Assembly (NCBI GenBank): GCA_963526325.1
Contig: CAURNC010000002.1
Location: 67,149-131,148 of the forward strand
From: an uncultured Candidatus Saccharibacteria bacterium
Lineage (GTDB): Bacteria; Patescibacteriota; Saccharimonadia; Saccharimonadales; Saccharimonadaceae
Direction: 5' to 3'
DNA length: 64,000 bases
Shown here: positions 9,341 to 18,096 of the stretch, piece by piece
How positions within the stretch are numbered: the stretch's first letter is position 1
How the letters are laid out: every line of letters begins with the position of its first letter
Notes under the pieces: model-generated
What the model was told of the DNA's origin: nothing
What the model saw: only the letters and a program-made list of their open reading frames with translations
Database searches by the model: none
Position numbers and translations under genes: made by a program

Positions 9341-11658
9341 GACCGCGAAGATCTGACTTTTATGCCAGCGCGCAGTGCGAGCCACCACTGTAAGATTGCC
9401 GCCAGGACGATAACACCAAGCGCTGGCAACAGGACGATGATGTCTGGTTTGGTAAAGTCAAAGAATCGGCGGAGTGGACCGATACCAAAGCTACCGGCCG
9501 CCACAATACTCACTGCCAGCATGTACAACAGGCGTGCTTTTCTAGCGTTGCGCGTCAAGGTGACGCCCAACATTGGTCCGACCAAAAATACCAGATAAAC
9601 GCCATAAAACGTTGCCGTCAGCACCGTCATGGTGGCAACTTCCTCTGGACGATCAGGGAAGATAGTGGAGCCGATCCAATAGGTAAACGCCACTGTCAGT
9701 CCTGTGATCAGCGCGATGGGTATCACGTTCATCAGCGTATGACGCCAAAACAGGCGAGGATTGATGCGGTGGTTTGGCACAGGCGGGAAAAATGTCCACA
9801 TCAGGGTTGGCAGCGTCACCAGGAAAATATTCATAAAGGTGATGTGACGCGGCTGATATGGATAAAGCATGCCCAACGACAGCGTACACATTAACAGAAC
9901 CACGCCATAGATAATTTTGTGGAAGAACAGGGTAGCGATCACTTCAATCGCTTGCATAATTCGGTTGCCTAGCCGCATACCAAGTGGCAAAGAGGTGAAT
10001 GAGTTATTCAACAGGATAATATCTGAGACGCGACGCGACGCTGGTGCGCCCGCGTGCATAGCCACGCCAAGGTCAGCCTTTTTGAGCGCCAGCGCGTCAT
10101 TGACACCGTCACCGACCATACCAGTGAACAGGGCCTGATTTTTATAATGCGCAATCAACCGCTCCTTTTGCTCTGGATGCACTCGGGCAAATATGACGTG
10201 TTCGTCAGCCGCCTTGATAAAATCTTTGTCACTCAACGCAGCTAGCGCCGCACCGGTGATGGCTTTGTCAGAATTATTGATGCCAGCCGCCGAGGCGATG
10301 AACTGCACCGTCCGTGGGTTGTCGCCAGATATCACCCGGATACTGACACCTTGATCTTGCAAAAATTGAACGGTTTTCTGAACACCATCGCGCAGCGAAT
10401 TACGCAAAATCACCGCACCGATGGCACGGCCAGACCCAGCAGGCAAGTCCTTCAAAGCGCTCCGAGAATCATCAAATTCAGCCAGCAGCAGCACGCGCAG
10501 ACCCGCATCAGCCCATTCGTTAATTTGACGCTGACCCATTTCATCAACTGGCGCCAACTCTGTAACAAACTCTGGTGCGCCCATGACAACCGTGCGAGTT
10601 CTACCCTCAGACTCAAACCGCAAACCCGCCATTTTGCGCGCAGACGAGAACGCCATAACGTCAATAATCTTGGCGTCCTTGAGCGGCGTCGCTGCTTCCA
10701 AGATGGCTTGGCCAGTGATATTACCGCCACTAGTTTGCTCAGCGATCAAGGCAACAATCCCCGAAAGCGTTTCATCTGATTGATCACCACTACCCAAAGC
10801 AACGATTTTTTCCAACGTCACTTCGTCGCTGGTGAGCGTACCGGTTTTATCGACACACAACAAATTGAGCAGCGCCATGGCCTCGATAGCTGACAGTTTT
10901 TGCGGCAAAACTCTAGCTTGTGCTAACTTGATCGAACCAAACGCCAAGAGCAATGAACTTGCCAGCAGCAAACCCTCTGGCACAACCGTCACGGCCGCCG
11001 AGGTGATGGTTTTTAATATCTGCACCGAGTCCTGACCAGACGTCATATAGGCGATGAATATCAACGCTGCCAGCCCAAAGGCACCAAACGTCAAAAAGCT
11101 GATGGCTCGTTGAATTGCTCGTTGCAGGGGGGTCAATTCTGGCTTGTACTGCTTCAGCACTTGGCTGATGGCACCAGCTTTCGTGTCCGCACCAACTGCC
11201 GTCACGCGAGCTTCGCCAGAGCCAGCCAAGACAGTGGTCGCCGCCCAAGCCGTGTTGCCGACACTTTTTTCGACGGCCGCCGATTCGCCAGTCAACATAC
11301 TTTCGTTTAATTCCAAGCCTTTGACCTCCAACATCTCCACGTCTGCTGGCACTTCATCACCAGCGATCAGTTGAATTTTGTCGCCAACCTGCAAGGCATC
11401 ATATGCCACTTCCGTCACAGAACCATCAGCCGACAACAGCCGCGCTCGCGGTTGACTCATCAACTCTAGTTTCTTGAGTGCCCGTTTGGCGCGAATTTCC
11501 TGGATGATACCAATCAACGAATTTACCACAATCACCACTGAGATGAACCACGCATCGCGGTACTCCCGAGCATAAATCAGCGCGCCCGCTAGCAGGAAAA
11601 TCGCAATAACAATCGGCGAAAACAAATTACGACGAATAATTTCCCAATAGCCGTTCAT
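9337..11658 (-). CDS. Cation-transporting P-type ATPase (CtpE-like)
   Basis: TGES, PEGL, DKTGTLT, GAPE, SGD, GDGVND; start at 11658 overlaps the upstream stop (TAATG). Confidence 0.95.
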   Translation of the reverse strand: MNGYWEIIRRNLFSPIVIAIFLLAGALIYAREYRDAWFISVVIVVNSLIGIIQEIRAKRALKKLELMSQPRARLLSADGSVTEVAYDALQVGDKIQLIAGDEVPADVEMLEVKGLELNESMLTGESAAVEKSVGNTAWAATTVLAGSGEARVTAVGADTKAGAISQVLKQYKPELTPLQRAIQRAISFLTFGAFGLAALIFIAYMTSGQDSVQILKTITSAAVTVVPEGLLLASSLLLAFGSIKLAQARVLPQKLSAIEAMALLNLLCVDKTGTLTSDEVTLEKIVALGSGDQSDETLSGIVALIAEQTSGGNITGQAILEAATPLKDAKIIDVMAFSSARKMAGLRFESEGRTRTVVMGAPEFVTELAPVDEMGQRQINEWADAGLRVLLLAEFDDSRSALKDLPAGSGRAIGAVILRNSLRDGVQKTVQFLQDQGVSIRVISGDNPRTVQFIASAAGINNSDKAITGAALAALSDKDFIKAADEHVIFARVHPEQKERLIAHYKNQALFTGMVGDGVNDALALKKADLGVAMHAGAPASRRVSDIILLNNSFTSLPLGMRLGNRIMQAIEVIATLFFHKIIYGVVLLMCTLSLGMLYPYQPRHITFMNIFLVTLPTLMWTFFPPVPNHRINPRLFWRHTLMNVIPIALITGLTVAFTYWIGSTIFPDRPEEVATMTVLTATFYGVYLVFLVGPMLGVTLTRNARKARLLYMLAVSIVAAGSFGIGPLRRFFDFTKPDIIVLLPALGVIVLAAILQWWLALRAGIKVRSSRS

Positions 11659-12143
11659 TACTTGGCGCGGACCTTTCTGTAGGCAAACCGTGCGCCCACT
11701 CGCCATTCGCCGTGAACGTCAGGATCAAACTGATGGATTTCACCATTTTTGATCTCTGAAACCACTGCCAGGGCAGGGTTATATGGCGCCAAGGTTCGGT
11801 AGAAAATCAAATCCTCCTCGGACTGTACTGTCATGCCAGGGAATACTTCTTGAAATTTTTGACGACCAAGGATATCAAAATAATCCGGTTGGTATTTAGG
11901 CGGATAGAACTCGTCCAACCTGAGTCCCATGCGCACTGCTATTTTCTTGACATCCGCCAGCGTCATGTTAGACGACGCGCGCAAATAGAGTAGCAACTGA
12001 TTGTTCGATGCCATAAATACCGTCGCTTGGGCCGTACGGCCAACATCAGCCAACGGCAAGATAAATCGCTTTACTGAGACATCAACATCAAACGCTTCGC
12101 TGATTAATGCTTCCAACTCCGACGCGGTCACTGTAGGCTTCAT
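11658..12143 (-). CDS. Hypothetical protein
   Basis: 161 aa ORF, TAAAAT 6 nt before ATG, translationally coupled to the ATPase. Confidence 0.75.
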   Translation of the reverse strand: MKPTVTASELEALISEAFDVDVSVKRFILPLADVGRTAQATVFMASNNQLLLYLRASSNMTLADVKKIAVRMGLRLDEFYPPKYQPDYFDILGRQKFQEVFPGMTVQSEEDLIFYRTLAPYNPALAVVSEIKNGEIHQFDPDVHGEWRVGARFAYRKVRAK

Positions 12144-12186
12144 GGCTTTATTTTACCATTTTCAATCGCACGCGTATACTGTAAGT

Positions 12187-15100
12187 ATGGATTTTTCTAC
12201 ACGCTACGCCAGCCTCAACGCCAATCAACGTTCTGCTGTCGACAAAATTCACGGACCGTTGTTGGTTATCGCAGGTCCTGGCACTGGCAAAACTGAGCTC
12301 TTGAGCATGCGAGCTGCTCACATATTGCGCCAAACTGACACCTTGCCAAGCAATATCTTATGCTTAACGTTTACTGATTCGGGTGCGGTGAACATGCGCC
12401 AGCGCTTGCAGCAAATCATCGGCGAAGATGCCTACAAGGTCGCCATTCATACGTTTCATAGCTTTGGCTCAGAAATTATTAACACCAACCGACAATATTT
12501 CTTCCGCGGCGCAGATCGGCAGCCGACTGACGAACTGACACAGCAACAAATCCTGCAAGAAATTTTCGAAGGTATGGATTGGGATAATCCGCTCAACGCC
12601 AAAAATAATGATGAATTTATCTACCTCAAAGAAACGCTCAAAACCATTTCCGAGTTCAAAAGCAACGGCCTGGCCTCTGAAGAAATACAACATATTTTGG
12701 ACGATGTGGAGCAAACAATCACAGAAATTTCTGAGGCCATCACGCAGCTTTTCCAAACCACCATCAAAAAATCAACTATCCCGGCGTTTGCCAATGTTGC
12801 AGAAATAGCAGCAGCTATCACCCCGCAGCCTCTGCCAGCAGCCATCACACCGTACGCCAATGCACTAGCACTCAGCATGGCCAATGCCGCACAAGAAGCC
12901 TTGGAAAATGACAGCACAAAACCCATCACCGCCTGGAAAAATGCGTGGTGCAAGAAGAATGCAGCAGGGGAGTTTGTCTTAAAGGACAGCGAGTCAATCG
13001 CCAGGCTGCGTGCCGTCACTCACGTGTACGACCAGTACCGCAGTGCGCTGACACAGCGCGGATTGTTTGACTATGACGACATGATTTTAAATGTGCTAGA
13101 TGCCTGCAAACACCAGCCAGATCTGCGCGCCAACCTCCAAGAGCAATACCAGTTCATCATGGTTGACGAATTTCAGGACACCAACCTAGCACAACTACAA
13201 CTATTATTTAATCTGACTGGCGACGAGCCTGAGCCAAACATCATGGCAGTCGGCGACGACGACCAGGCCATCTTCAGCTTCCAAGGCGCCAATGTCGGCA
13301 ATATCCAGCGCTTCCGTCAGCACTATCATGACCCAGCCGTCATCGTCCTGACCGACAACTACCGTTCGGCAGAGCAAATCCTCACCACCGCCCGCAGCGT
13401 CATCACCCAAGGTAGCGACCGCCTGGAAAACACCATCTCCGACCTATCCAAACAACTCACCGCCCACGCTTCATCATCAGGCGCCACCGTGAACCTTAGT
13501 CGTTTCATGACGCCGCTGGATGAAAGGGCGGGCATCGCTAAGCAAATTGCACATCTCATCACCTCAGGCACGCCGCCCGAAGACATCGCCGTCATATCCC
13601 GCCGGCATCATGAACTGATTGAATTATTACCTCACCTCTATCAAAATAACATCAGCGTCAACTATGAGCATCATGACGATATCCTGGAACTAGACAGCAT
13701 CAAAGCGCTGGAGCTCGTAGCCCGCATCGTCATCTCACTTCACAATAACGACCTAACCAACGCCAACAGCTTACTGCCAGAGCTACTGGCGCATCCAGCA
13801 TTTGACTTCGCCGCCACTGACATCTGGAAATTAAGCCTAGCTGCCTGGCGCAACCGACAGTTCTGGCTGGAAGCCATGCTCACCCAAACAACGTTCGAAC
13901 CATTGGCTCAGTGGCTACTAGAACAAGCCAAAAATGTTCCCAACCTCACGCTCGAAGAGCACATCGACGAGCTACTAGGGCTCACTGAAACCGCCACCAA
14001 CCGCGCCCTCTATACCTACTACTTTTCACCAGGAAAATTACAGTCAGACCCGGAAGCCTACCTCACCACCCTAGAAGCGCTGCGCACCTTGCGCCAGAAA
14101 TTACGTGACCACTACACCGAAGCAACGCCAACCTTGACGCAGCTTCTCCAGTTCATCGATCTCCACCATCTGACTAAGACTCGACTCACCAGCATCAGGC
14201 CAGCCGCCGAGCACAAATCAGGCTCGATCAATCTCATGACCGCCCACAAATCAAAGGGCTTGGAATTTCCGCACGTATTCATCATCGGCGCAACTGACAA
14301 CATATGGGGCGAGAAAGTCCGTGCGCGCAGTCGGCTCATCCGCTATCCAGCTAACCTACAGCTCCAGCCGGCAGGCAACAACTACGACGAGCGCCTACGT
14401 CTATTCTTCGTCGCCATGACTCGCGCCAAGCAAACCCTACACATCAGTCACAGCCTCACAGACACTGGTGGCAAAGACAATTTGATCGCCAGTTTCCTAA
14501 GCTCTCTACAGCTAGATACGTCAACCATTGATACCTCCGAGACTGCTGACGCAACCGAGTCACTGCTCACCGACTGGCGCGCCAGACTGACTGAACCACA
14601 CGGCACAACCCTACAGGAAGTCTTGGCACCAATCTTACAGCACTACAAACTGTCCGCCACCCATCTAAACAATTTCCTCGACGTCTCACATGGCGGACCT
14701 CAAGGATTTTTGTTAAATAATTTGCTTCATTTTCCGCAAGCCAAAAGCCCATCCGCTGCCTATGGAACCGCTGTTCACACCTGCCTACAACAACTGCACG
14801 ATAGGTTCGTCGCGGACGGAAACTTGCCGCCACGCCCAGAGATTATGCGTTTGTATACTCAAACCTTAGCAGCGCAACATCTGTCACCAGATGACACCAA
14901 ACTGTTCACCGAAAAAGGCCAGTCAGTCTTGACCGCTTTTCTGGACGCCAAACAGAGCAGCTTCACCCAGCAACAGCTGGCTGAACTTAATTTTGCCAAT
15001 CAAAATTCCTTCGTCGACCAAGCGCAGCTGACAGGAAAGCTAGACCTGGTCGATATAGACAAAACCGCGAAGACTATCTACGTCACCGACTACAAGACCG

Positions 15101-15450
15101 GTAAGCCATCGCACTCCTGGAAGGAAACATCTGACTATGAAAAAATCAAGCTCCACAAATACCGCCAGCAACTGATGTTCTATCAGTTACTAGTCAAAAC
15201 ATCGCGTGATTATGGCAATTTCAGCTTCACCGGCGCCCGCCTACAGTTCGTCGAGCCGGACATGAAAACTGGCGATATCCTCAGCCTGGAAGATACGTTC
15301 TCCGAGGAGGAATTAGCTGAATTTGCGCGGCTCATCGGCGTCGTCTGGCGAAAAATCACCACTCTGGACCTGCCAGACATCTCTGGGTATTCCGCAGACT
15401 ATAAAGGTATGGTGCAGTTCGAAAAGGACTTATTAACAGAGGAAAGGTAA
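12187..15450 (+). CDS. UvrD/PcrA-family helicase with C-terminal PD-(D/E)XK nuclease
   Basis: AGPGTGKT, VDEFQD, GDDDQAIF, NYRS, TAHKSKGLEF, VAMTRAK; C-terminal GKLDLVD...DYKTG. Confidence 0.95.
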   Translation: MDFSTRYASLNANQRSAVDKIHGPLLVIAGPGTGKTELLSMRAAHILRQTDTLPSNILCLTFTDSGAVNMRQRLQQIIGEDAYKVAIHTFHSFGSEIINTNRQYFFRGADRQPTDELTQQQILQEIFEGMDWDNPLNAKNNDEFIYLKETLKTISEFKSNGLASEEIQHILDDVEQTITEISEAITQLFQTTIKKSTIPAFANVAEIAAAITPQPLPAAITPYANALALSMANAAQEALENDSTKPITAWKNAWCKKNAAGEFVLKDSESIARLRAVTHVYDQYRSALTQRGLFDYDDMILNVLDACKHQPDLRANLQEQYQFIMVDEFQDTNLAQLQLLFNLTGDEPEPNIMAVGDDDQAIFSFQGANVGNIQRFRQHYHDPAVIVLTDNYRSAEQILTTARSVITQGSDRLENTISDLSKQLTAHASSSGATVNLSRFMTPLDERAGIAKQIAHLITSGTPPEDIAVISRRHHELIELLPHLYQNNISVNYEHHDDILELDSIKALELVARIVISLHNNDLTNANSLLPELLAHPAFDFAATDIWKLSLAAWRNRQFWLEAMLTQTTFEPLAQWLLEQAKNVPNLTLEEHIDELLGLTETATNRALYTYYFSPGKLQSDPEAYLTTLEALRTLRQKLRDHYTEATPTLTQLLQFIDLHHLTKTRLTSIRPAAEHKSGSINLMTAHKSKGLEFPHVFIIGATDNIWGEKVRARSRLIRYPANLQLQPAGNNYDERLRLFFVAMTRAKQTLHISHSLTDTGGKDNLIASFLSSLQLDTSTIDTSETADATESLLTDWRARLTEPHGTTLQEVLAPILQHYKLSATHLNNFLDVSHGGPQGFLLNNLLHFPQAKSPSAAYGTAVHTCLQQLHDRFVADGNLPPRPEIMRLYTQTLAAQHLSPDDTKLFTEKGQSVLTAFLDAKQSSFTQQQLAELNFANQNSFVDQAQLTGKLDLVDIDKTAKTIYVTDYKTGKPSHSWKETSDYEKIKLHKYRQQLMFYQLLVKTSRDYGNFSFTGARLQFVEPDMKTGDILSLEDTFSEEELAEFARLIGVVWRKITTLDLPDISGYSADYKGMVQFEKDLLTEER

Positions 15451-15467
15451 TTATTTTCCATATATTG

Positions 15468-15496
15468 TTGCTATTTTTTACAGTTCGTGTTATGAT
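15468..15496 (+). promoter_or_regulatory. sigma70 promoter of the structured RNA
   Basis: TTGCTA-17 nt-TATGAT with extended -10 TG. Confidence 0.7.
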
Positions 15497-15928
15497 ATTC
15501 ATTAGCTTTTGTTCGTGGAGCTAACCCTGGTGAGATATCGCAAATGATATCAAACCCTGGTCATGCTTCGCACAAAAGCATGGGCTGAAAGGGGGTTAGC
15601 TCTTTTTCTATCGCCGCAACTCGCGGCAGAGAGGGGGTGAGACCCTTGGTGTTTTTCTCTTATCCCGTAGCATCAATGTATAGCTACGGAGATTATACCA
15701 CTGCAATGACATGCAGTGGTAGAAACCACCATGTTGCGTATAGGCGTCCTGGAGATGCCGGTACGCAGTTTAAATGCCCATACTGCGGGCATTTCATGGT
15801 GTAACACCACACAAATACGACAGTCGGGGTTTGTGCGACCCCGAAACCACTGACCTCCGCGGTCAGTAAAGGGCGTCTGTCCGCCCCTGGGGTGATTCGC
15901 CCAGCTGGTAGCCCAGAAAAGAATCACA

Positions 15929-16016
15929 GGACATATAGCTCTAATCGGCAGAGCGCCCGCGTCGACAACGGTGTCGACGCAATGGGAGGCTGCGGGTTCG
16001 AGTCCCGCTGTGTCCG
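15929..16016 (+). other. tRNA-like domain 1 (extended anticodon arm, no anticodon loop)
   Basis: Acceptor GGACATA/TGTGTCC; D arm GCTC/GAGC; T arm GCGGG-TTCGAGT-CCCGC; anticodon replaced by GCGTCGACA/TGTCGACGC hairpin. Confidence 0.75.
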
Positions 16017-16218
16017 CTTCGCGGTTGCATGCGCAATCACACGACCTCATCACCCGTGTGAAGCCGTATGTAAGCGAAAAAACTTGGGTGTTTCCACCAC
16101 TCCGCCCGAGTTTCATTGACTTCTCAGCTTTGTTTTGTGGTCCAATGGCGTACGACAAACCAAAGCGGGTGTATACCGCTACATCGAGAAGACCAATGTT
16201 TTCAACACAGAATGGTCA

Positions 16219-16288
16219 GGGTGTGCCAGGTAGGGAGACAGGACATTCGAAGTCCACCGTCTCGCGGGTTCGACTCCCGTCACATCCA
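16219..16288 (+). other. tRNA-like domain 2 (no D stem, G3:U70, discriminator A)
   Basis: Acceptor GGGTGTG/CACATCC; T arm GCGGG-TTCGACT-CCCGT; GAGAC..GTCTC and GGAC-ATTCGAA-GTCC arm. Confidence 0.7.
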
Positions 16289-16402
16289 CTGAGATGGCAC
16301 AATGGCGTGTCATCTCTCCCCCCGGGTTCGCGAGATTCACTCGTGGCAGTTTTTCTCACCGTCGAGATCAACTCCGAGCAGAACCGCTTGAGCCCACCAA
16401 CG

Positions 16403-16438
16403 CCCCTCATTCTCAAAGGCGAGAGTGAGGGGTTTTCT
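16403..16438 (+). terminator. Rho-independent terminator
   Basis: CCCCTCATTCTC / GAGAGTGAGGGG then TTTTCT. Confidence 0.8.
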
Positions 16439-16462
16439 CCTTTGTATGGTAAAATAACAGAG

Positions 16463-17539
16463 ATGACATCATTTTGGGACAATCTACCGCAGCCATTTTT
16501 CATCTTGGCACCCATGGAAGCCGTCACTGACGTGGTATTTCGCCATGTCGTGAAAAGGGCGGGCGCGCCCGACGTGTTTTTCACCGAATTTGCCAATGCG
16601 ACCGGCTGGGTACATGCTGGTGACAAAGCCATCGCTGGGCGACTCGTCAAAACCGACGATGAACATCCACTAGTCGCCCAAATCTGGGGCGGTGAGCCAG
16701 GCGACATGGAGCAATTTGCCGCTCACTGCATAAAGCTCGGCTTTGACGGCATTGATATCAACATGGGCTGTCCCGCCAAATCCGCCATCAAAAGCGGGGG
16801 AGCAGCGCTGATTCGCCGACCCGACGTAGCGGTTGCTGCCATCGCCGCTGCTAAAACTGCTGGGCTGCCAGTTAGTGTGAAGACTCGGCTGGGCTATTCA
16901 CGCGTTGACGAGTGGAAAGAATGGCTGAGCACGCTACTGGCGCAGGACCTCACCAACCTGACCATCCACCTCCGCACCAAAAAGGAGATGAGCAAAGTTC
17001 CAGCGCACTACGAGCTTATCGACGACATCGTCAAACTACGCGATGAAATCGCTCCGCAAACTCTCTTGACTATCAACGGCGATATCCGCGACCGCGCCCA
17101 TGGTGAAGAATTAGCTAGAGCTCACCCAGGCCTCAACGGCATCATGATCGGGCGGGGCATTTTCAGCGATCCGTTTTGCTTTAGGAGGGCAGTTAAACTA
17201 TCCTCAGTCGAGGAAGCTGTGACGGGCGCGTCAAGCCCCGTCAGCCGAACGCCACGGGCTGGCGAAGCCACCCGTAAAGAGTCCTCCGAGACAGAGGACA
17301 GTTCAACTATTCATCACAAGTCTGAACTAATTGCCTTACTATACTACCACCTTGACCTCTTTGACCACTACCAATCAACCCTCGGCCGCCCCTACGAAAC
17401 CCTCAAACGCTTCTTCAAAATCTACATCCGCGACTTCGACGGCGCCAAGGAACTGCGCGACCAGCTGATGCACACTAAGACGACCGACGAGGTGCGATCA
17501 ATACTTGCACACAACGATCGTCCACATTATACTTATTGA
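16463..17539 (+). CDS. dus: tRNA-dihydrouridine synthase (Dus)
   Basis: LAPMEAVTD, DINMGCP, SVKTRLG, NGDI, GIMIGRG; true start 16463; carries a ~40 aa insertion. Confidence 0.95.
   Translation: MTSFWDNLPQPFFILAPMEAVTDVVFRHVVKRAGAPDVFFTEFANATGWVHAGDKAIAGRLVKTDDEHPLVAQIWGGEPGDMEQFAAHCIKLGFDGIDINMGCPAKSAIKSGGAALIRRPDVAVAAIAAAKTAGLPVSVKTRLGYSRVDEWKEWLSTLLAQDLTNLTIHLRTKKEMSKVPAHYELIDDIVKLRDEIAPQTLLTINGDIRDRAHGEELARAHPGLNGIMIGRGIFSDPFCFRRAVKLSSVEEAVTGASSPVSRTPRAGEATRKESSETEDSSTIHHKSELIALLYYHLDLFDHYQSTLGRPYETLKRFFKIYIRDFDGAKELRDQLMHTKTTDEVRSILAHNDRPHYTY
17191..17308. repeat. Palindromic in-frame insertion element, copy 1
   Basis: Terminal IR AGTTAAACTATCCTCAGTC / GACAGAGGACAGTTCAACT; two inner hairpins; core TCAGCCGAACGC shared with 28966-28977. 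Confidence 0.75.
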
Positions 17540-17540
17540 C

Positions 17541-18020
17541 ATGACAACAAAAAAACAAAAACTACAAAAACAACAGACTATAGACAGATGGATCGTCATA
17601 GCATTATGGGCAAGTGCTATCTGGTTCTCGCTCGCACGTGGATTCATTACTGGCGTCGGCGGTTGGGTACTAGCACTACTTGGCCCGTGGGCGCTTATCG
17701 TTAGCTGTATCTGTCTTGCAATCATCTCCCGACAAGTGAAAAAACGCCATGCATCAAAAGACCATCTCACCACAATAGTACGTGTTTCCTTTATCGTCAT
17801 GTCAATCTCATTATTTATCTGCGGCCTTGCAATGCCTGATTTTAGCGACATAGAGACCTTTTCAACATTATCCGTGTATACAAATAACGCTATTTCATTT
17901 GAAACATCAAAAGCTATCGCCATTATCTCAGGGTTTGTAGTAGTTCTGTCTCTATTCGTGGCTGTTACTTTTGGTATCGCTGAAGACAGAGAAGAGACGA
18001 CGGAAGACGTCGCTATTTAG
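17541..18020 (+). CDS. Hypothetical integral membrane protein (~4 TM)
   Basis: Hydrophobic segments; TATACT 7 nt before ATG 17541. Confidence 0.75.
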   Translation: MTTKKQKLQKQQTIDRWIVIALWASAIWFSLARGFITGVGGWVLALLGPWALIVSCICLAIISRQVKKRHASKDHLTTIVRVSFIVMSISLFICGLAMPDFSDIETFSTLSVYTNNAISFETSKAIAIISGFVVVLSLFVAVTFGIAEDREETTEDVAI

Positions 18021-18096
18021 ATCAGTGTTAATTAGAGTCTTAGTGCTATACGCAAATTGCTTGAAAAAATATAGATTATATGATATAATACAAAAG

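Larger units (their letters stand above)
15502..16438 (+). ncRNA. Putative ~930-nt structured ncRNA with embedded tRNA-like domains
   Basis: Nearly continuous series of hairpins and long-range stems between a promoter and a terminator; no credible ORF. Confidence 0.65.

Noticed and set aside
15502..16438. Identification as RNase P RNA, standard tmRNA or a functional tRNA cluster
   Set aside because: No GAGGAAAGTCC RNase P core; no tag ORF between the acceptor halves; tRNA-like units lack a normal anticodon arm or D stem and lack CCA
15971..16462. 164-aa N-terminal extension of Dus in the ORF track, and the ORFs at 15673-16158 and 15892-16119
   Set aside because: They run through the structured RNA and its terminator; Dus homology starts at ATG 16463, which has its own -10 box
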